Of a stretch of DNA of 64,000 bases, positions 13,410 to 27,211 are shown one piece after another (positions within the stretch are counted from its first letter, which is position 1; each line of letters starts with the position of its first letter). The translations under genes were made by a program, and so were the position numbers. Origin of the DNA: Octopus vulgaris (lineage: Eukaryota); NCBI GenBank assembly GCA_951406725.2, contig OX597815.1, positions 153,946,001 through 154,010,000 on the forward strand, given 5' to 3'. Below the pieces are notes generated by a model, which ran no database searches, was not told the origin of the DNA, and saw nothing but the letters and a program-made list of their open reading frames with translations.

Positions 13410-13830
13410 CTTATCATGTCCATAAATTTCTTTAATGATGCTTCTGCTTGTTGCACTACAGTTCTTTGCTCAAGCTTCATCGATCTTACATGCGTTTTAG
13501 ATATTGGGATCGATATTCATTCATACAATGTTTCAAATTTGCGAAAAATCCTAACTTTCTTCGCTTGTTGTTATTTTACCGATTGCTTGATCGTCTGCTT
13601 ATTCTGACGAACGCTACTGATCCAAATTAAGAGGTTTGTGGTCAGTTAATTCTTTCGAATGTGATTCCAGTAAATCGTAAACATCTGTAGCGTAAATCGA
13701 AACTAAGCTCTCTTCAAATCGCTATTTCCTCGATATTTTCTTGCAGATGAATATTAACGAAATCATGGAGGTAGAATAAGTTTCCAACGAATCTTAAGCC
13801 TCTTGCTTTTACTGCTTCCCGTAAATCATC
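13410..13830 (-). mobile_element. Tigger-type transposase C-terminal remnant
   Basis: Minus-strand pieces ENIEEIA.., DVYDLLESHSKELTD, IDPNI and ASLKKF resemble the Tigger C-terminus (DV.ELL.SH...LTD; DPN.ERS). Many stops. Confidence 0.55.
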
Positions 13831-14914
13831 TTACATTTCGTTAGCATTCGTCAAGGTCGACTTTGGTTTTTGTCTTTTTCAGATGAATAACATAAGCACC
13901 CATTAAGCATTCGGGTCGATGCAATACCGTGCTACCTACCATCAAAAACATTCAAGCCTTGTGCTTATAATAGAAAAATAAATAACATCTTTTTTTATTG
14001 AATTGTTCTAAATTCCGTCTGCTGGTCGTGTCTAGAAAGACCGACGGGCTCGAAAGAGAAAAACGCGACTTTTGCAATTACTAGCATATGTAGAAATGCA
14101 CTTCGACAATAGTCGGAGTGCTGCTCTGAAAGCTATTGACGCTGAGCGCTGCCTAACATGACAGGAGCAGATCTCGACGGGGCTCGAAGGGGAAGTGCGC
14201 TCAATGGTGGTGCCATATAGATCGAACACCGATGACGTATTTGCAACCATTTGCCTAATCGAACAATCGACGGTGAAAGCAGTATTTTCAAACAGCGATA
14301 GACTGAATTGTCTCGTGATCGCAATCAACAATCCTAAGCCGACAAAGGGATCAGTACATGGTGGTTCGACCTGGTAAAAATATCATCTAAATCTTCTGCA
14401 AATTCTCTGTTTTCGAAATGAACATATTGAATACTGTGACCATGTGCTTCATGTACATAGAAATAAATCGGGATGGTCACAACTGGAATAACCACCACGT
14501 AGGAGTTCGATGTCCAGAGCACAGACATCGAACGTACTTCCCCTACACATAATTTCTCACTCTCTTTAGACTCGGTGTTGTCCCACGTTCCCAATTATCC
14601 GCGACATAGTGAACTTCACGTATTTATCTTGATCAATCCCGTCGACATTTCTAGTCATAGCTAACAAGAGGAAACGGTCCGTCAATTGTTATGCACGAAG
14701 CTAAGCAATGCGAGATTCATATAGTACCACTGCCTTTCCTTTTTGACTTTAATTTTGTTCAATTAAGGTTCTTCTAGTTCTTAATAACATAGACAATAAT
14801 TAAACAAGCAGTGAAATAAAGCTATAGTTAAATTATTTATGTATTCTTTTATAGGGTTAAATTTGAATATTGATAGCGGCAGATGTTTTACTGTTGTCGA
14901 CTTATAATAGTTGA

Positions 14915-15605
14915 CTAGATAACCCATGACCCGTTGGGTCGGCGGCGAAGTCTGAGTTTCGTAGCAACGGAGTTTTATTTCGTGGATTTTTCTTTTCCAT
15001 GTCCTTTCGCATGCTTTCAACGAATGTGACATCGAAATCACGCATAAACGGCTCCTTTCCGTAGAAAAGGAAAGACTTGGATGCTATTTCTTGCACGCAC
15101 CGCTGCCACGTAACAAGTATATCGGGTTCTTTATCGCAAATAGCTGTTACGTGGTAGCAGGGCGTGTAGAAATAACAGCCAAATATTTGGAGGCGAGATA
15201 TATTGAATGCATTCGAAAGCAACCTATGGAAAGAAAAACTATTTCACACCGAGGTTACGAACTGGTCTTTTAGGAAATATTTACCGTATTTTAAAACTTA
15301 TTTTCACTTAAAAATGTTTTGCCCATCATAATGTGTCTAATGGAAAGGTTAGAGTTTCTTCCCTTTCTGGGTTAAGTTATTTTCAGAGTATTTTCCCATT
15401 ATGCACCGTTTTGGGTATTTATACCCCAAAACCCCGAATATCTCAATAACAAATGATCCGATTTACGTGGAGCGACGTGTGTATTCACATTTAAGGGGCA
15501 CTTTACTTTCAAAATATTTCCCATTATGCGCCAGTTCGGTTGTGTAACATTGCAAACAAGCAAGGAAGGAAGCAAGATTGAACGTCACTTTTAATATATT
15601 ATAGA
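14915..15605 (-). mobile_element. Non-autonomous Helitron (family 2)
   Basis: Minus strand begins A|TCTATAATATATTAAAAG and ends with a GACCC-AAC-GGGTC hairpin then CTAG|T. Confidence 0.65.
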
Positions 15606-15864
15606 TGAACAGCCTCTGTTACTATTATTATTCTGATAACAGTTACAAGTTCACCAAATATAGTACAATATCTTTTCCAGAGTGATCTACAAGTAGTTCG
15701 TTTATTTTGTTTTAGATTTGCTAGAGATACTTATATTCGCATTCAGAGACACTCATCAGCATACACCAACATACACATGTGAAGAAATATATACATGCAT
15801 AACTACCAATGATCCATATTTTTTATATATACAAAATATATTATTTATATAAACATTATCTGCT

Positions 15865-16410
15865 CAACACCGCAGCCCGCTTTCAAGTTTCTTGTGATAT
15901 AGGTTCATCTGGTATCTTGGACAGCAGGAGATCAAGTTGTTTCTTGAAAATATCTACTCCTACTCCACGAAGATCCCTCAGATATTTTGGCAAAGCATTA
16001 AATTGCTGTGGGCCCTTGAATCCCAAGCTCTTGCAGTACATGGCCCTCACTCTAGCCGGGATAGATTGGACCTTTGGATCAATGCAGTGGGGTTCTCTCA
16101 GTAGCTAGTCTGTTCCATTAATGGAAATCTTCCTGGTGTAACACTGCTGAACTGCCTCAAGTTCCGCTATTAATTTGACTATGTGGGGTGGCTACAGTTG
16201 AGAACAGTAGTCCAGATGTCTGAGCACAAATGTCCTCCATAGAATCAGCATAGTTACCTGGTCCATTGTTCTGAAGAATCTCAGAATCTATCCGGCCACT
16301 CGCCTGCAAATTGCCACCATGTGATATGTACGTGATACGTACGTGAAACGAGGCATCGTAGTTCACATCAATCCCTAGATCATGACTCTGGGATTGCCTC
16401 ACCTTTTGAT
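15865..16410 (-). mobile_element. CR1/L2-group LINE ORF2 C-terminal remnant
   Basis: Minus translations WILRFFRTMDQVTMLILWRTFVLRHLDYCSQL and SLGFKGPQQFNALPKYLRDLRGVGVDIFKKQLDLLLSKIPDEP. Confidence 0.75.
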
Positions 16411-16467
16411 CCAAGTTATTGCTGCTGAGGCAGATGAGTACTGGCTTATCTGAAAGCAGAGGGGTTG

Positions 16468-16527
<60 letters not shown>

Positions 16528-16912
16528 TGTGTGTATGTATTTACTTTTGTTTATAGTGTAATATAGCAACCGATGGTTTCATGTTTTCGAGAGCTAAATC
16601 AGCAGGGTAAAGAGTGGTTACAAGAGGAATCCAGGTGAGCAGATATGGGGATAATGATAGAAATACCATTACCTTCTCCCCTTAAATTTTGCCGTTTTAC
16701 GTTGTGTAAATTTGCTCTGTTAACATATCTATATATTTATACATGAAAGTTCATCGTCCGAATATTTTCAGCCTTTGTCTCTATTTACACGCATATATGG
16801 ATATGTATCTTATATATCTAGCGCAAGAGGTTTTATTTGCTTATTTGCATCATTATCTCTCTCCCCATCTCTCTCTATGTACATGGATTCACACACACAT
16901 ACATCCATACAC

Positions 16913-16943
<31 letters not shown>

Positions 16944-18406
16944 TGTATGTATGTATGTTTTTATGAACACATTTGTCTGTTCCAAGCGCTCTAATATTTA
17001 GAGTTATTCTGTTATTCTATACCTGGATAAAATGTATATATTCCAAAAGGGAAATTTCTCGTGACGGTAACTTAAAACTTACTGTAAAGCAATTCTTTCT
17101 CTACAGATTACGCGTATTTCCTTATAGCATATATCAGAGGCTATCTCTTTCACTGTATAGACTTTCACCGCTCCTGATACGTCATAATTTTGTAAATGAA
17201 TGTTGAGCACTTTTGATGAAAAATTCCACTCTTTAGACATTTTAAGGCAAATCTCGAGAAATATATATGCATTATATTACCGAATGTTATGTGCAAGAAT
17301 ATACAGAATATATATGTGCTCTAAAGCCGGACTCGTAACCAAGTTTGAGCTTAGCAATACGCTTCACAGGCCAATCAGAAATCTAGACAGAGCATTAGAC
17401 AAGAAAATCAGCGAGTATGTGGAATATGAGTCATGCAATAGTATTAATAAAATACTTAAGATAAGTTGGCAGAATCGCTTAATTGCTTGTTGACAAATTA
17501 AATACTTACATACATTAGCACAAAGCATTGAAAGTTTGAATTAATAAGACTCTTTAAGCCATTATGTAATCCTGACAGTTATTTTGTCAAAACACGGATA
17601 GTTTTTGTAAAGCTAAAAATAGCAAAACGCATTTATTCATACGAATATACACGCACACACACATGCACACACACATCCAAACACAGATGTATATATGTAT
17701 TTATACATATAATACTTATACACACACATAGTAAAATAATAATAATTCTTGGATGGAATTTATAAATATAAATTTCATTCATGGATTATTATCATTATTA
17801 TTACTATATTTATACTACATTATATCGGGACAGCTCAGTACAACCTCATAAAATTACCATTCGAGTTGGTATCCTTAGGCTGTAGCAGATGTAATGAAAT
17901 AGAGGCATTATCAAAACCGTTTCACGTAAACGAACTTAAAGGATATACAAATATATATACATGATTAATGAGAGAGACAGAAGATGGAACATACGAGAAT
18001 CTTTATTGATCACTACAATCGTTTCGACCCATCTAGCATTGCCTTCCCCACAAACGTCCGTTACCGGCAAACTACCAGGTGACTACCATGCGATTTATTA
18101 ACCATTAAACATATATATATATAGGTTAAAACTTAAAATTTACATGTTGGGTGTGTCCCTAGTAGTATACCGATAAACCACATTCACTGCCTATGGGTAT
18201 CTGGCGGTCATCCACGGTAATTGAACATTGGTCGTTCGATCTACCTCAAGAATTCCTCAGTGTACGTTTAGTATAACAGAAACGATAGAGACAGAAACTG
18301 GAATATATTGATAATTTAAGCGGGAGACCGATGCAGGATGTGTCGAAACGATTTTTGTGATCCATAGTGTTTCCGGTATATTCTATTTTCCGTCTATCGT
18401 TTCTGT

Positions 18407-18483
<77 letters not shown>

Positions 18484-18522
18484 ATATATATATATATATA
18501 TGTGTGTATATAGAGATATATA

Positions 18523-18899
18523 CTCTTTTACTCTCTTTTACTCTTTTACTTGTTTCAGTCATTTGACTGCGGCCATGCTGGAGCACTATCTTTAATCGAC
18601 CCCAGGATTTATTCTTTGTAAGCCTAGTACTTATTCTATCGGTCTCTGTTGCCGAACCGCTAGGTTAAGGGGACGTAAGCACACCACCATCAGTTGTCAA
18701 GCGATGTTGGAGGGGGACAAATACAAACACACAAACATATAGACACACATACATACATATATATATATATACATATATAGGGCGGGCTTCTTTCAGTTTC
18801 CATCTACCAAATCCACTCACAAGGCTTTGGTCAGCTCGAGGCAATAGTAGAAGATACTTGCCCAAGGTGCTACCCTGTGGGACTGAACCCGGAACTATG
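18523..18899 (-). mobile_element. SINE family B copy
   Basis: Reverse complement of the 37836-38267 body. Confidence 0.85.
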
Positions 18900-19456
18900 T
18901 GTGTATGTGTGTGTGTATGTATAAACATTTATGTCCAACTGTTTTGCGAAGAAACAATGTAATTATGTGTGAGGAGCAATGGTTAAGATTGTGTTCGAGT
19001 GAAGCTTTTGGACTTTGAGCAGGGACGTTCTTTCCTTTTGTTCACAGTCTACTCAACTGAAAATGAACGCCAGTCAACAACTGGTGCTATGCTCATAATC
19101 TTCCGCTTGCAAATTTTCGATGTTCCTTTGTAGCAAGAGCACGGGTGCCGAGGAGGTATATATATCTGCCCGGCAAACAATTAACCTAAGCGTAATATAT
19201 GCTACAAATTCATACTTGCTTATGAGTGAGGACTGTGTAATAAATTTCACACACATACATACACACCCATGCACATACTCTCATATTCGATAACAATTAT
19301 TATTTATCCCTTGAGTATTGGGCTGTGCGTGTACTTTTAGGTAACAAGAATATGAATGCGTAAATTGAATGAGTGATCTGGAACACAGTTAACGTCCGTT
19401 GGTTTATTCAGCCTTAATCATAAGGTTAGTCAGATGGTAATATCTTGAATTAGGCA

Positions 19457-19906
19457 AGGCGGTGAGCTGGCAGAAACGTTAGCAGGCCGGGCCAAATGCT
19501 TAGCGGTATTTCGTCTGCCGTTACATTCTGAGTTCAAATTCCACCGAGGTCAACTTTGCCTTTCATCCTTTCGGGATCGATTAAATAAGTACCAGTTACG
19601 CAGTGGGGTCAATCCAATTGACTTAATCCCTTTGTCCTTGTTTGTCCGCTCTATGTTTAGCCCCATGTGTGCAATAAAGAAATAAATGTCTTGAATCAGG
19701 CAACGCAGCAAGTTGGCAGAAACGTCAGGACGCCGGGCGAAATGCTTAGCATGCTTCGTCTGTCCTTACGTTCTGAGTTCAATTCTGCCGAGGTCGACTT
19801 TACCTTTCATCCTTCGGGGTCGATAAATTAAGTTGCGCAATGAGGTCAATCTAATCGAATGCCCCCTCCCCTTAAATTTCGGGCCTTGTACCTGTGTAGA
19901 AAAGAA
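19457..19906 (+). mobile_element. Two tandem SINE family A copies
   Basis: Copies at ~19457-19685 and ~19703-19906, homologous to 10754-10996. Confidence 0.8.
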
Positions 19907-20814
19907 TATCGCGAATCAGGCAGCAGCTTAATGCAGTAGATTGATTAAGGTGAAAGGAAGGCGAAGACAAGCCTTTTTTTTTATTGGAGAAATGGTAAAT
20001 TTTATTGTCATTCATTGTGTAGAAAGTTTCATGAAATAGGAATCAGCTGTTTTTGCCGTTCTGTTTTGAACCTGAGTAGTCCCCTGACCGTAGGCGTTCA
20101 AGTCCTGATCTTGTGGTACTTCGTGTATATCGAAAACAATATATTTAATGGATCCTTATTTAAGATGATTTGAGTGTGATTTGACTGCTGTTTCTCTCAG
20201 ATCGTGAGATCGCGTAGTAATTCTCTCATAGCTCATGCTCGAATATTGGTAAGTAGAGCTGATTAAATATAAAATATGATGATTAGTGCAATGCAAATGA
20301 AAATTACTTTTATATTAATGCTCTGTAAAGTGTTTGTGGTGATGTACGTACTAGGTTTGTGATTCATATGGTCTATTGAATTAGATCCCTAGTCTTCACA
20401 TAGACATTATTTTTGTATTTTCTTAAAACAAGAGTTACATAAATATTTCAAAGTTATCCTTCCAAAAATCTACTTGAGAGTAATTCCGTATTTTAAGATT
20501 ACAGAAATCATCAGATGCCAGAAGTTTATGGCTGAGTTCGATGCCAGTCTTTTGAGCACTTCTGCTTATTGATAGGTGTATACTCCTGCATTTCATTCGC
20601 ATTTCTGAATGTTAAATTGTATTCTGTTTGGATTCACTGATTCTCTTCAGCCTTTGCAAAAGATTCTGATTTTAGTAACTAATTCATTCCGTTGATGATG
20701 TCCCATTTCCGCTGTTCTATCTCTCCAGCTTCTAAAACCATTATTGGTCTTCTTATTGCTGATATATCTATTGTTGAAGGTATTGTTGCTAACACTCAAT
20801 CATTAGAGAATGTC

Positions 20815-20860
<46 letters not shown>

Positions 20861-21464
20861 TTTCTGCAAGAAACAATACATCAATTATTATTGATGCTGA
20901 TGCTGTTGCTGTTACTTCAAGATATATTTACATTGATGGCATTTAGTTTTTACGTTATTGTAGGCAAGTGTTCAAATAGTATTATTATTTTGCCTGTTAC
21001 AATACTGCCACTATATTTTAGGTTCACAGCTACTACTACTACTACCGTGCCCGAATTTGGAGGCGCCATTCTTCTTGCGTATTCGCTAATGAAAATTACA
21101 ATGTCTTGTCAGCTTTGCTCTTTTGAAAGGTGTTTTAAGTTTATTAAAAGGTTTTACTGATCTGCGGTGCAAAGAAAAAAAATTCAAGCCTATTCGGTAA
21201 AGAACCCTGTCTTCAGTGTAGAGCCGTAAAAATTTGCCTGTGTCATCCGTAATAATATATATATAACGAAATGAAAATTAAGATAAACAACTAAAATTTG
21301 AAATAAAAATATTAAAAAAACCAATATAAATGATTATGATAATGATAATGAAATGAACGTTTTTGAGTTTTCGGATTTTAATGCTGATTTCAATAACAAT
21401 TGTAAAAATTTAATCAATATATTACCATGGTTTCAAATTCTGACACAAGACCAACAATTTTAGC

Positions 21465-21810
21465 GAAATCAGAATTCAGCTCGTACCTATGTTATCGACT
21501 CTGAAAGGTTGAAAGGCAAGGTCAACCTCGGTAATATTTAAATTCAGAACGTAAAACACTGGAAGAAATGCAGCAAAGTAAGCATTTAGTTCGATATGCT
21601 AATGATCCTGCCAGGCATACCGCCGTTAATCTATATATTATGCTGATTTCAAAGTTTGAAGGATGGGGTAAGTCGATTACATCGATTTTAATTCAACTAT
21701 TACTTATATTATCGACCCTAAAGGATAAAAGGCAAAGTCGACCTCGGCAGAATTTGAACTCAGAAGGTAAAGACGGGGAAAAAGCCATAAGGTATTTTTC
21801 CAGGCGTGCT
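21465..21810 (-). mobile_element. Two diverged SINE family A copies
   Basis: AAAGGCAAAGTCGACCTCGGCAGAATTTGAACTCAGAA is the reverse complement of the family A core. Confidence 0.7.
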
Positions 21811-21910
21811 AAAAATCTATATATTATATTGAGACCAGAATATTATCTTCTGTCACAAATCTCTAATAACCAATCATTACTGTCCCTGAATAGTTGATTT
21901 CATATATGTC

Positions 21911-21988
21911 TATACATACATACATACATACATACATACATACGTATATACATACATACATACATACATACATACATACATACATACA

Positions 21989-22022
<34 letters not shown>

Positions 22023-22175
22023 CATACATACATACATACATGCATACATACATACATACATACATACATGCATACATACATGCATACATACATACATACA
22101 TACATACATACATGCATGCATGCATACATACATACATACATACATACATACATACATACATACATACATACATAC
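21911..22175. repeat. (ATAC)n microsatellite
   Basis: Directly visible tetranucleotide array. Confidence 0.97.
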
Positions 22176-22289
22176 ACACTCACGCATACACACTTCCGTA
22201 CATCCATACATACATGCGTCAGTATTTTGAGGACGTCTCTTTCAAGAGCTCTTTCTTCTACCTTACTATTTTTGCCTTACTTTTGAGAT

Positions 22290-23285
22290 AAATATGGTCG
22301 GGCATCACGTGACTCAGTAAAGTAAAAGGTATGCTGAAATCGCTGTCTTAAAAGCGTGACATAGTGATACAGATATAGCTCACTTCCTGAAGGTTGCCTG
22401 ATCCTTCGTTGTCAAAGTTCAAAAGGAGCTGGAAACTGCTGACGGGTATCTAAAACAAAACGCAAGCTCAGAATTCTAATTCCACCAGAACACGTAACTT
22501 TGAAAAACAAGCTCAAAAAGTAATCGTTAAAAGTCCCAGGAAGTCAAGCAGAGCCTAGGACTTCACTGCATAGGACTTCAGGGTTTCAAAATGCACCATT
22601 AGAAGAGTTGTGGATGAAGACATCCAGTAAGAGAAGTATGTGATGAGGAGGGGTCAGTTTATGTTTCACAGAAGCGTTCGGTCGGTGCAAAGTGCTTGCT
22701 AAACATTCCAAGAGGCTGGAATGGTTTGGTTTTTCTCTGACGAGAAAAACTTCGATCAGGACAAATAGATAAACCGAAGGAACGATAGATGTTATGCAGA
22801 GAACGGAATAAGATTCCAAAGGTCATACATACTAAGTTTCCAGCAAATATGTTGGTTCTGGGAGTCGTCAGCAACGAGGGAGGTGTCATGCTTCCTCACT
22901 TTTCTCACAGGGCTTAAGAGTCAATACCTTTGTGTACATAGAAGTGTTGGAGAAAGTTGTGAGATCCTGGATAGACAGAGTCCGCAAGCGAAGACTGTAT
23001 GTGTTTCAACAAGACTGCGCCGTCTCATAAGACAAAGACAAGCCAAGTGTGGATGCGTGATTATCTCCATGATCATGTTCTCCCTGACACACGGCCTCCT
23101 AGCACACTAGGAATCAATATACTGGACTACTACATATGGCGCATATTCGAGAAAGAGCTAGTTGAACACACCCATAACACTATACAATATCTAAAATTCA
23201 CCTTTACCAAAAAGTTGATAGAGATCAGCTGATTCGGGCGCGTCAGCAGTTCCGACTCCGATGTGAAGCAGCCATTGATGACAAG
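22290..23285 (+). mobile_element. Decayed Tc1/mariner superfamily transposase (maT/DD37D-like)
   Basis: Frameshifted motifs FSDEKNFDQD, NRRNDR, HTKFPANMLVLGVVSNEGGVMLPHF, YVFQQD and RPPSTLGINILDYYIW (decayed WPP.SPDLNPLDY.VW). Confidence 0.8.
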
Positions 23286-23308
23286 GGATAAACACACACA
23301 CACACATG

Positions 23309-23415
<107 letters not shown>

Positions 23416-23860
23416 GTGTGTGTATGTGTGTGTATGTGTGTGTATTCGTGTGTGCTTGTGTGTGTGTGTTTATATAAAAATACATGCACACACATGTATG
23501 TATATATATAATAGGATGGGGAAGGTCTATGAGATGTTTTGCAAACCTTATTGGACCTGAAATTTTGCAAAGGCATTTCTTTTGCAGTGAATGCTAAACT
23601 CGTCTACAGTTGATATGTATGTATGTATGCATTTCTCATAAATGGAGAGTCAGATTCTTAACCAGGAAACAAGACATCAAACGGAGTAGTCTTGTATGTA
23701 CATATGTATACATACATGTATTCGTGCATGTATCCATGTATGTATATATATATATTGATAGAAATGTTAAGACAACAAAAGAATGAAAGAGACCTCGATA
23801 ATTATGTAAATAGAAGAATTTATCTGCAAATATAATATGTGACAATCATTCGGAAGCCAT

Positions 23861-23920
23861 GATAAAACTCCGAGTTTCAGATGTCAGGGCAGAAACCCAT
23901 GCGGGCATCTCTTAGTTATC
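23861..23920 (-). ncRNA. Hammerhead-like motif with intact stems and an altered core
   Basis: Minus strand GATAA-CTAAGA-GATG...CATC-T-GAAA-CTC-G-GAG-T-T-TTATC. Stem I GATAA/TTATC, stem III ACTC/GAGT. Confidence 0.5.
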
Positions 23921-24029
23921 GGGCCATCAAAAAAAAAAAAATGCTATGAAAATGACCGTTAAGCAAAGTGAAATTATTGTGTGATTGACCGTTATTAAGA
24001 CATAAGGGCTATTAGAATGACCGCTGAGC

Positions 24030-24084
<55 letters not shown>

Positions 24085-24103
24085 AATATAGAATATGTAT
24101 ATG

Positions 24104-24141
<38 letters not shown>

Positions 24142-24723
24142 GGAAGAATTCACGAAAAAATCCCCAAAAGACGAAGACAAGTGGTATAGAAAACAAACAG
24201 ATGTATTAGTATAACGCTCGGGAATTGAAAAAGTCTTTAACGTTTCCACAGAAAGGAACACAGAAAGAAACAAGGAGAGAAAAAAATATGTGTAGTGGCT
24301 ACCGATCTATCATGCCGATATATATATATATATTTCACAATAATTATAGGTAGAAATCTAAACTTACAGTCCTGCAGATTTATCATTAGTTTGGTATAGA
24401 TGTTTTCCTTTTTATTAATCTTTATCACCGTGTTGGCATCTGTTATACAACTGATTTCATAGTTTCTTTTCTCAGTTGCTGATCATTGTGTCTCATCAGT
24501 TGCTGAACATTGTGGGCTTGCATATTCGACTAAAATTGAATTATGTTTTCCGCATGATTTCAGCTTCTGTCTTGTCTCCTCTCGATTATCTTTTCTACGG
24601 CTTTCATTATATAGTGCTCTAGGCAAGACATGCATTTTTTATTTAGGCAAAGAGAAAAACAATGAATCAACGACTCCAGGATTTAAAAAGTATGCTACTG
24701 TCAGTAACATACTTTTTACTGTC

Positions 24724-25554
24724 ACGTAAAAAAGTATGTTACTGTCATGGCGATTCTTACAGTAGTAGAAAAGGAATTTTCTAACTCTTATTTCTAAATA
24801 CGGTATGTGGTGAAGCAATTAGCTGAACCCTAATTATAATTATGCTTATACTTATAAAATATTAGTATAATTTTACCTATAAATGTTATTTCAACGTTTC
24901 GATCTACTTGGTAAAATTATTAATTAATTGATTGATTAATTAATTAATTTAATTAATAAATTTTACCCTGTTATTATTAATTTAAAATTGTAAATTAGTT
25001 CATGATAGAATACTGCAGTTTTCTGCGGTATTGCTCGTAGCACACACGTGGGTATAGAGTTTAAATAGTGTATTCACATTCGGCTCTGTAAATTTTGGAA
25101 GTGTTGGTTGGATATCTGTTACATGATGTCGCTCTATCGTGTGCATATACAGCTAAAGCACTTTCAAATTTTATAATTGGAAATATTATACTAAAGAGAG
25201 AAGTAAGTAAATTTTTAAACACTTTAATCTCGAAACGCGCATGTATTTAATCCTGGTCGTGTTGATTCATTGTTTTTCTCTTAGCCTACGTAAAAAGGTA
25301 TGTTACTGTCATGGAGATTCTTACAGTAGTAGAAAAGGAATTTTTAAACTCCTATTTCTAAATTCGGTATGTGGTGAAGCAATTAGTTGGACCCTAGTTA
25401 TAATTATGTTTATAATTATAAAATATTTGTATAATTTTACCTTTAAAGGTTATTTTAACGTACCGATCTACTTGGTAAAATTATTATATATAATTGATTG
25501 ATTAATTAATTGATTTGATTGATAAATTTTACCCTTTTATTATCAATTTAAAAT

Positions 25555-25555
<1 letters not shown>
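24724..25555 (+). repeat. Direct repeat pair of ~266 bp (24724-24989 and 25288-25555)
   Basis: ACGTAAAAA(A/G)GTATGTTACTGTCATGG...TTTAAAATT is shared, with scattered substitutions. Confidence 0.9.
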
Positions 25556-25587
<32 letters not shown>

Positions 25588-25804
25588 CGGGAAGCTTTAT
25601 GAAAATAAACAAAAGACGAAGGTAGGTGGAATACAAACAAACAATTGTATTAGTATGGCGCTCAGGAATATAAATAAAACATATATATATTCAGTAGAGT
25701 ATATAATACCACTAGCTAAAATCAGAGCCAATGCTTCGAAGACCATCATAAACACGCCCGCGCGCGCACACATACATATATGTAAAGAGAGAGAGAGAGA
25801 GAGT

Positions 25805-25838
<34 letters not shown>

Positions 25839-25949
25839 TGATGAAACAGAATGCAATTTATTCCATACATAAAACATCGGGCACATACTACTACAAATAC
25901 TACCACTAATAATAAAAATCCATTAAATCTTTTTTTTGTTATTTTTCAG

Positions 25950-26050
25950 GTCGCACTATTCAGTCCAGCTATGATGCGAAATCACTGCATGACAATAAAC
26001 CATTAGCTGCTGAATTACAGATGGTAGATGACGGTCAGGGAGAGGTGGAG
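25950..26050 (+). CDS. Villin-like exon 5: GRTIQSSYDAKSLHDNKPLAAELQMVDDGQGEVE
   Basis: tttttcAG acceptor, GAG|GTAAAC donor. Diagnostic D...LH..P.LAA...MVDDG.G motif. Phase-compatible with exon 4 across an 18.7 kb intron. Confidence 0.95.
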
Positions 26051-27158
26051 GTAAACTTTATATGTGTTTTCTTATAAAATCATGGCTGCTTTTGAAGTAA
26101 TGTTGTTATTTAATATTGATCAAATTATGTTTAGTTTCCATAATAGAGTCGATATCTCTGAATATAGGCAGTAGAAGTGATTAAAAAAAAGCCAGTAAAG
26201 TATCTATTGGTTGCTTTAGAACAAACAGTTTGATACAATACTGTTAGGCGATCAAAATAATTTCTCAATAATAAAACGTCTGAGTATTAGAAATATATTG
26301 TGTCTACTCTATTAATTATACTTCTCCAAAAGGTGACATATCGGAATGATCATGAAATATATTTTATTTATGGGTAAATATGTTCGATGAAAGAACGATA
26401 TCTACTGCGCCAACGTGCAGTCTAATGACTAAACCAAAGAAAAGAATACGAATAGGTAAAAAAACAGGAAATTTTAATGGCCTGAGTTTAGTTAATATTA
26501 CCGATCTCAGTATTGGGTCGGGATTTCTTTTTTACCGATGCTGATGTGATGAAAGGAAAAGACAAACCACCGTCCAATTTGAACACCGAATACAAATAGC
26601 CGGAAGAAATTCTGCAAGGTGAATTTGCTGCCCTTAGGTATGGTTCATGTGTATTCGCATTAGAAATACTGCGGCAGAAACTGTAATCCCAGTTGGAAGA
26701 GAAAAGTTAACAGGTGGCGTTTTTAGAAGTAATCTAACAATTCACGAAATAGGATATAAAAATTACAAAAATAATCTTTTCGAGGTTTTCAGTTGAGTAC
26801 CTTTACATCACTATAATAACTACACTTGCCTCAACTTCAAAATTTCTTTTTTCTTTTGCCAAACTATTTTTTGATTGATCCTTATGAATGAAATAAATGT
26901 AACGAGTTCTCATTGTTTCTCTGGAGTAAATTTTTACCCCTTCTAAACAAAAATCTAGAGTCTATCCAGATTATGTCAGACCACTCTTTGAGTGCTGTTG
27001 GTAACATGTAACTTGTTGCATGGTCAGATCGTTGGTGACTGAACCGGCAACATTACCAAGCTTCTTTGATACGCAGGTTGTCTCTATTTTTGAACACCAT
27101 GCGAGATGAAAACAGAATGAGCGGATGAACGCAGGTGAACTAACGACCTTCTAATTAC

Positions 27159-27206
<48 letters not shown>

Positions 27207-27211
<5 letters not shown>

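Noticed and set aside
18000-18412. Inverted GTCGAAACGATT..GTGATC segments and a minus-strand CTGAGGA
   Set aside because: Probably decayed PLE termini. Stem I and the stem II closing pair do not match, so no hammerhead is called.
21863-22291. Long ORFs such as MYVCMYVC..., HTHT..., IYIY... here and elsewhere
   Set aside because: They are translations of (ATAC)n, (CA)n and (TA)n microsatellites.
22736-22750. CTGACGAGAAAAAC
   Set aside because: It encodes the SDEKN catalytic motif of the transposase remnant and has no ribozyme stems.
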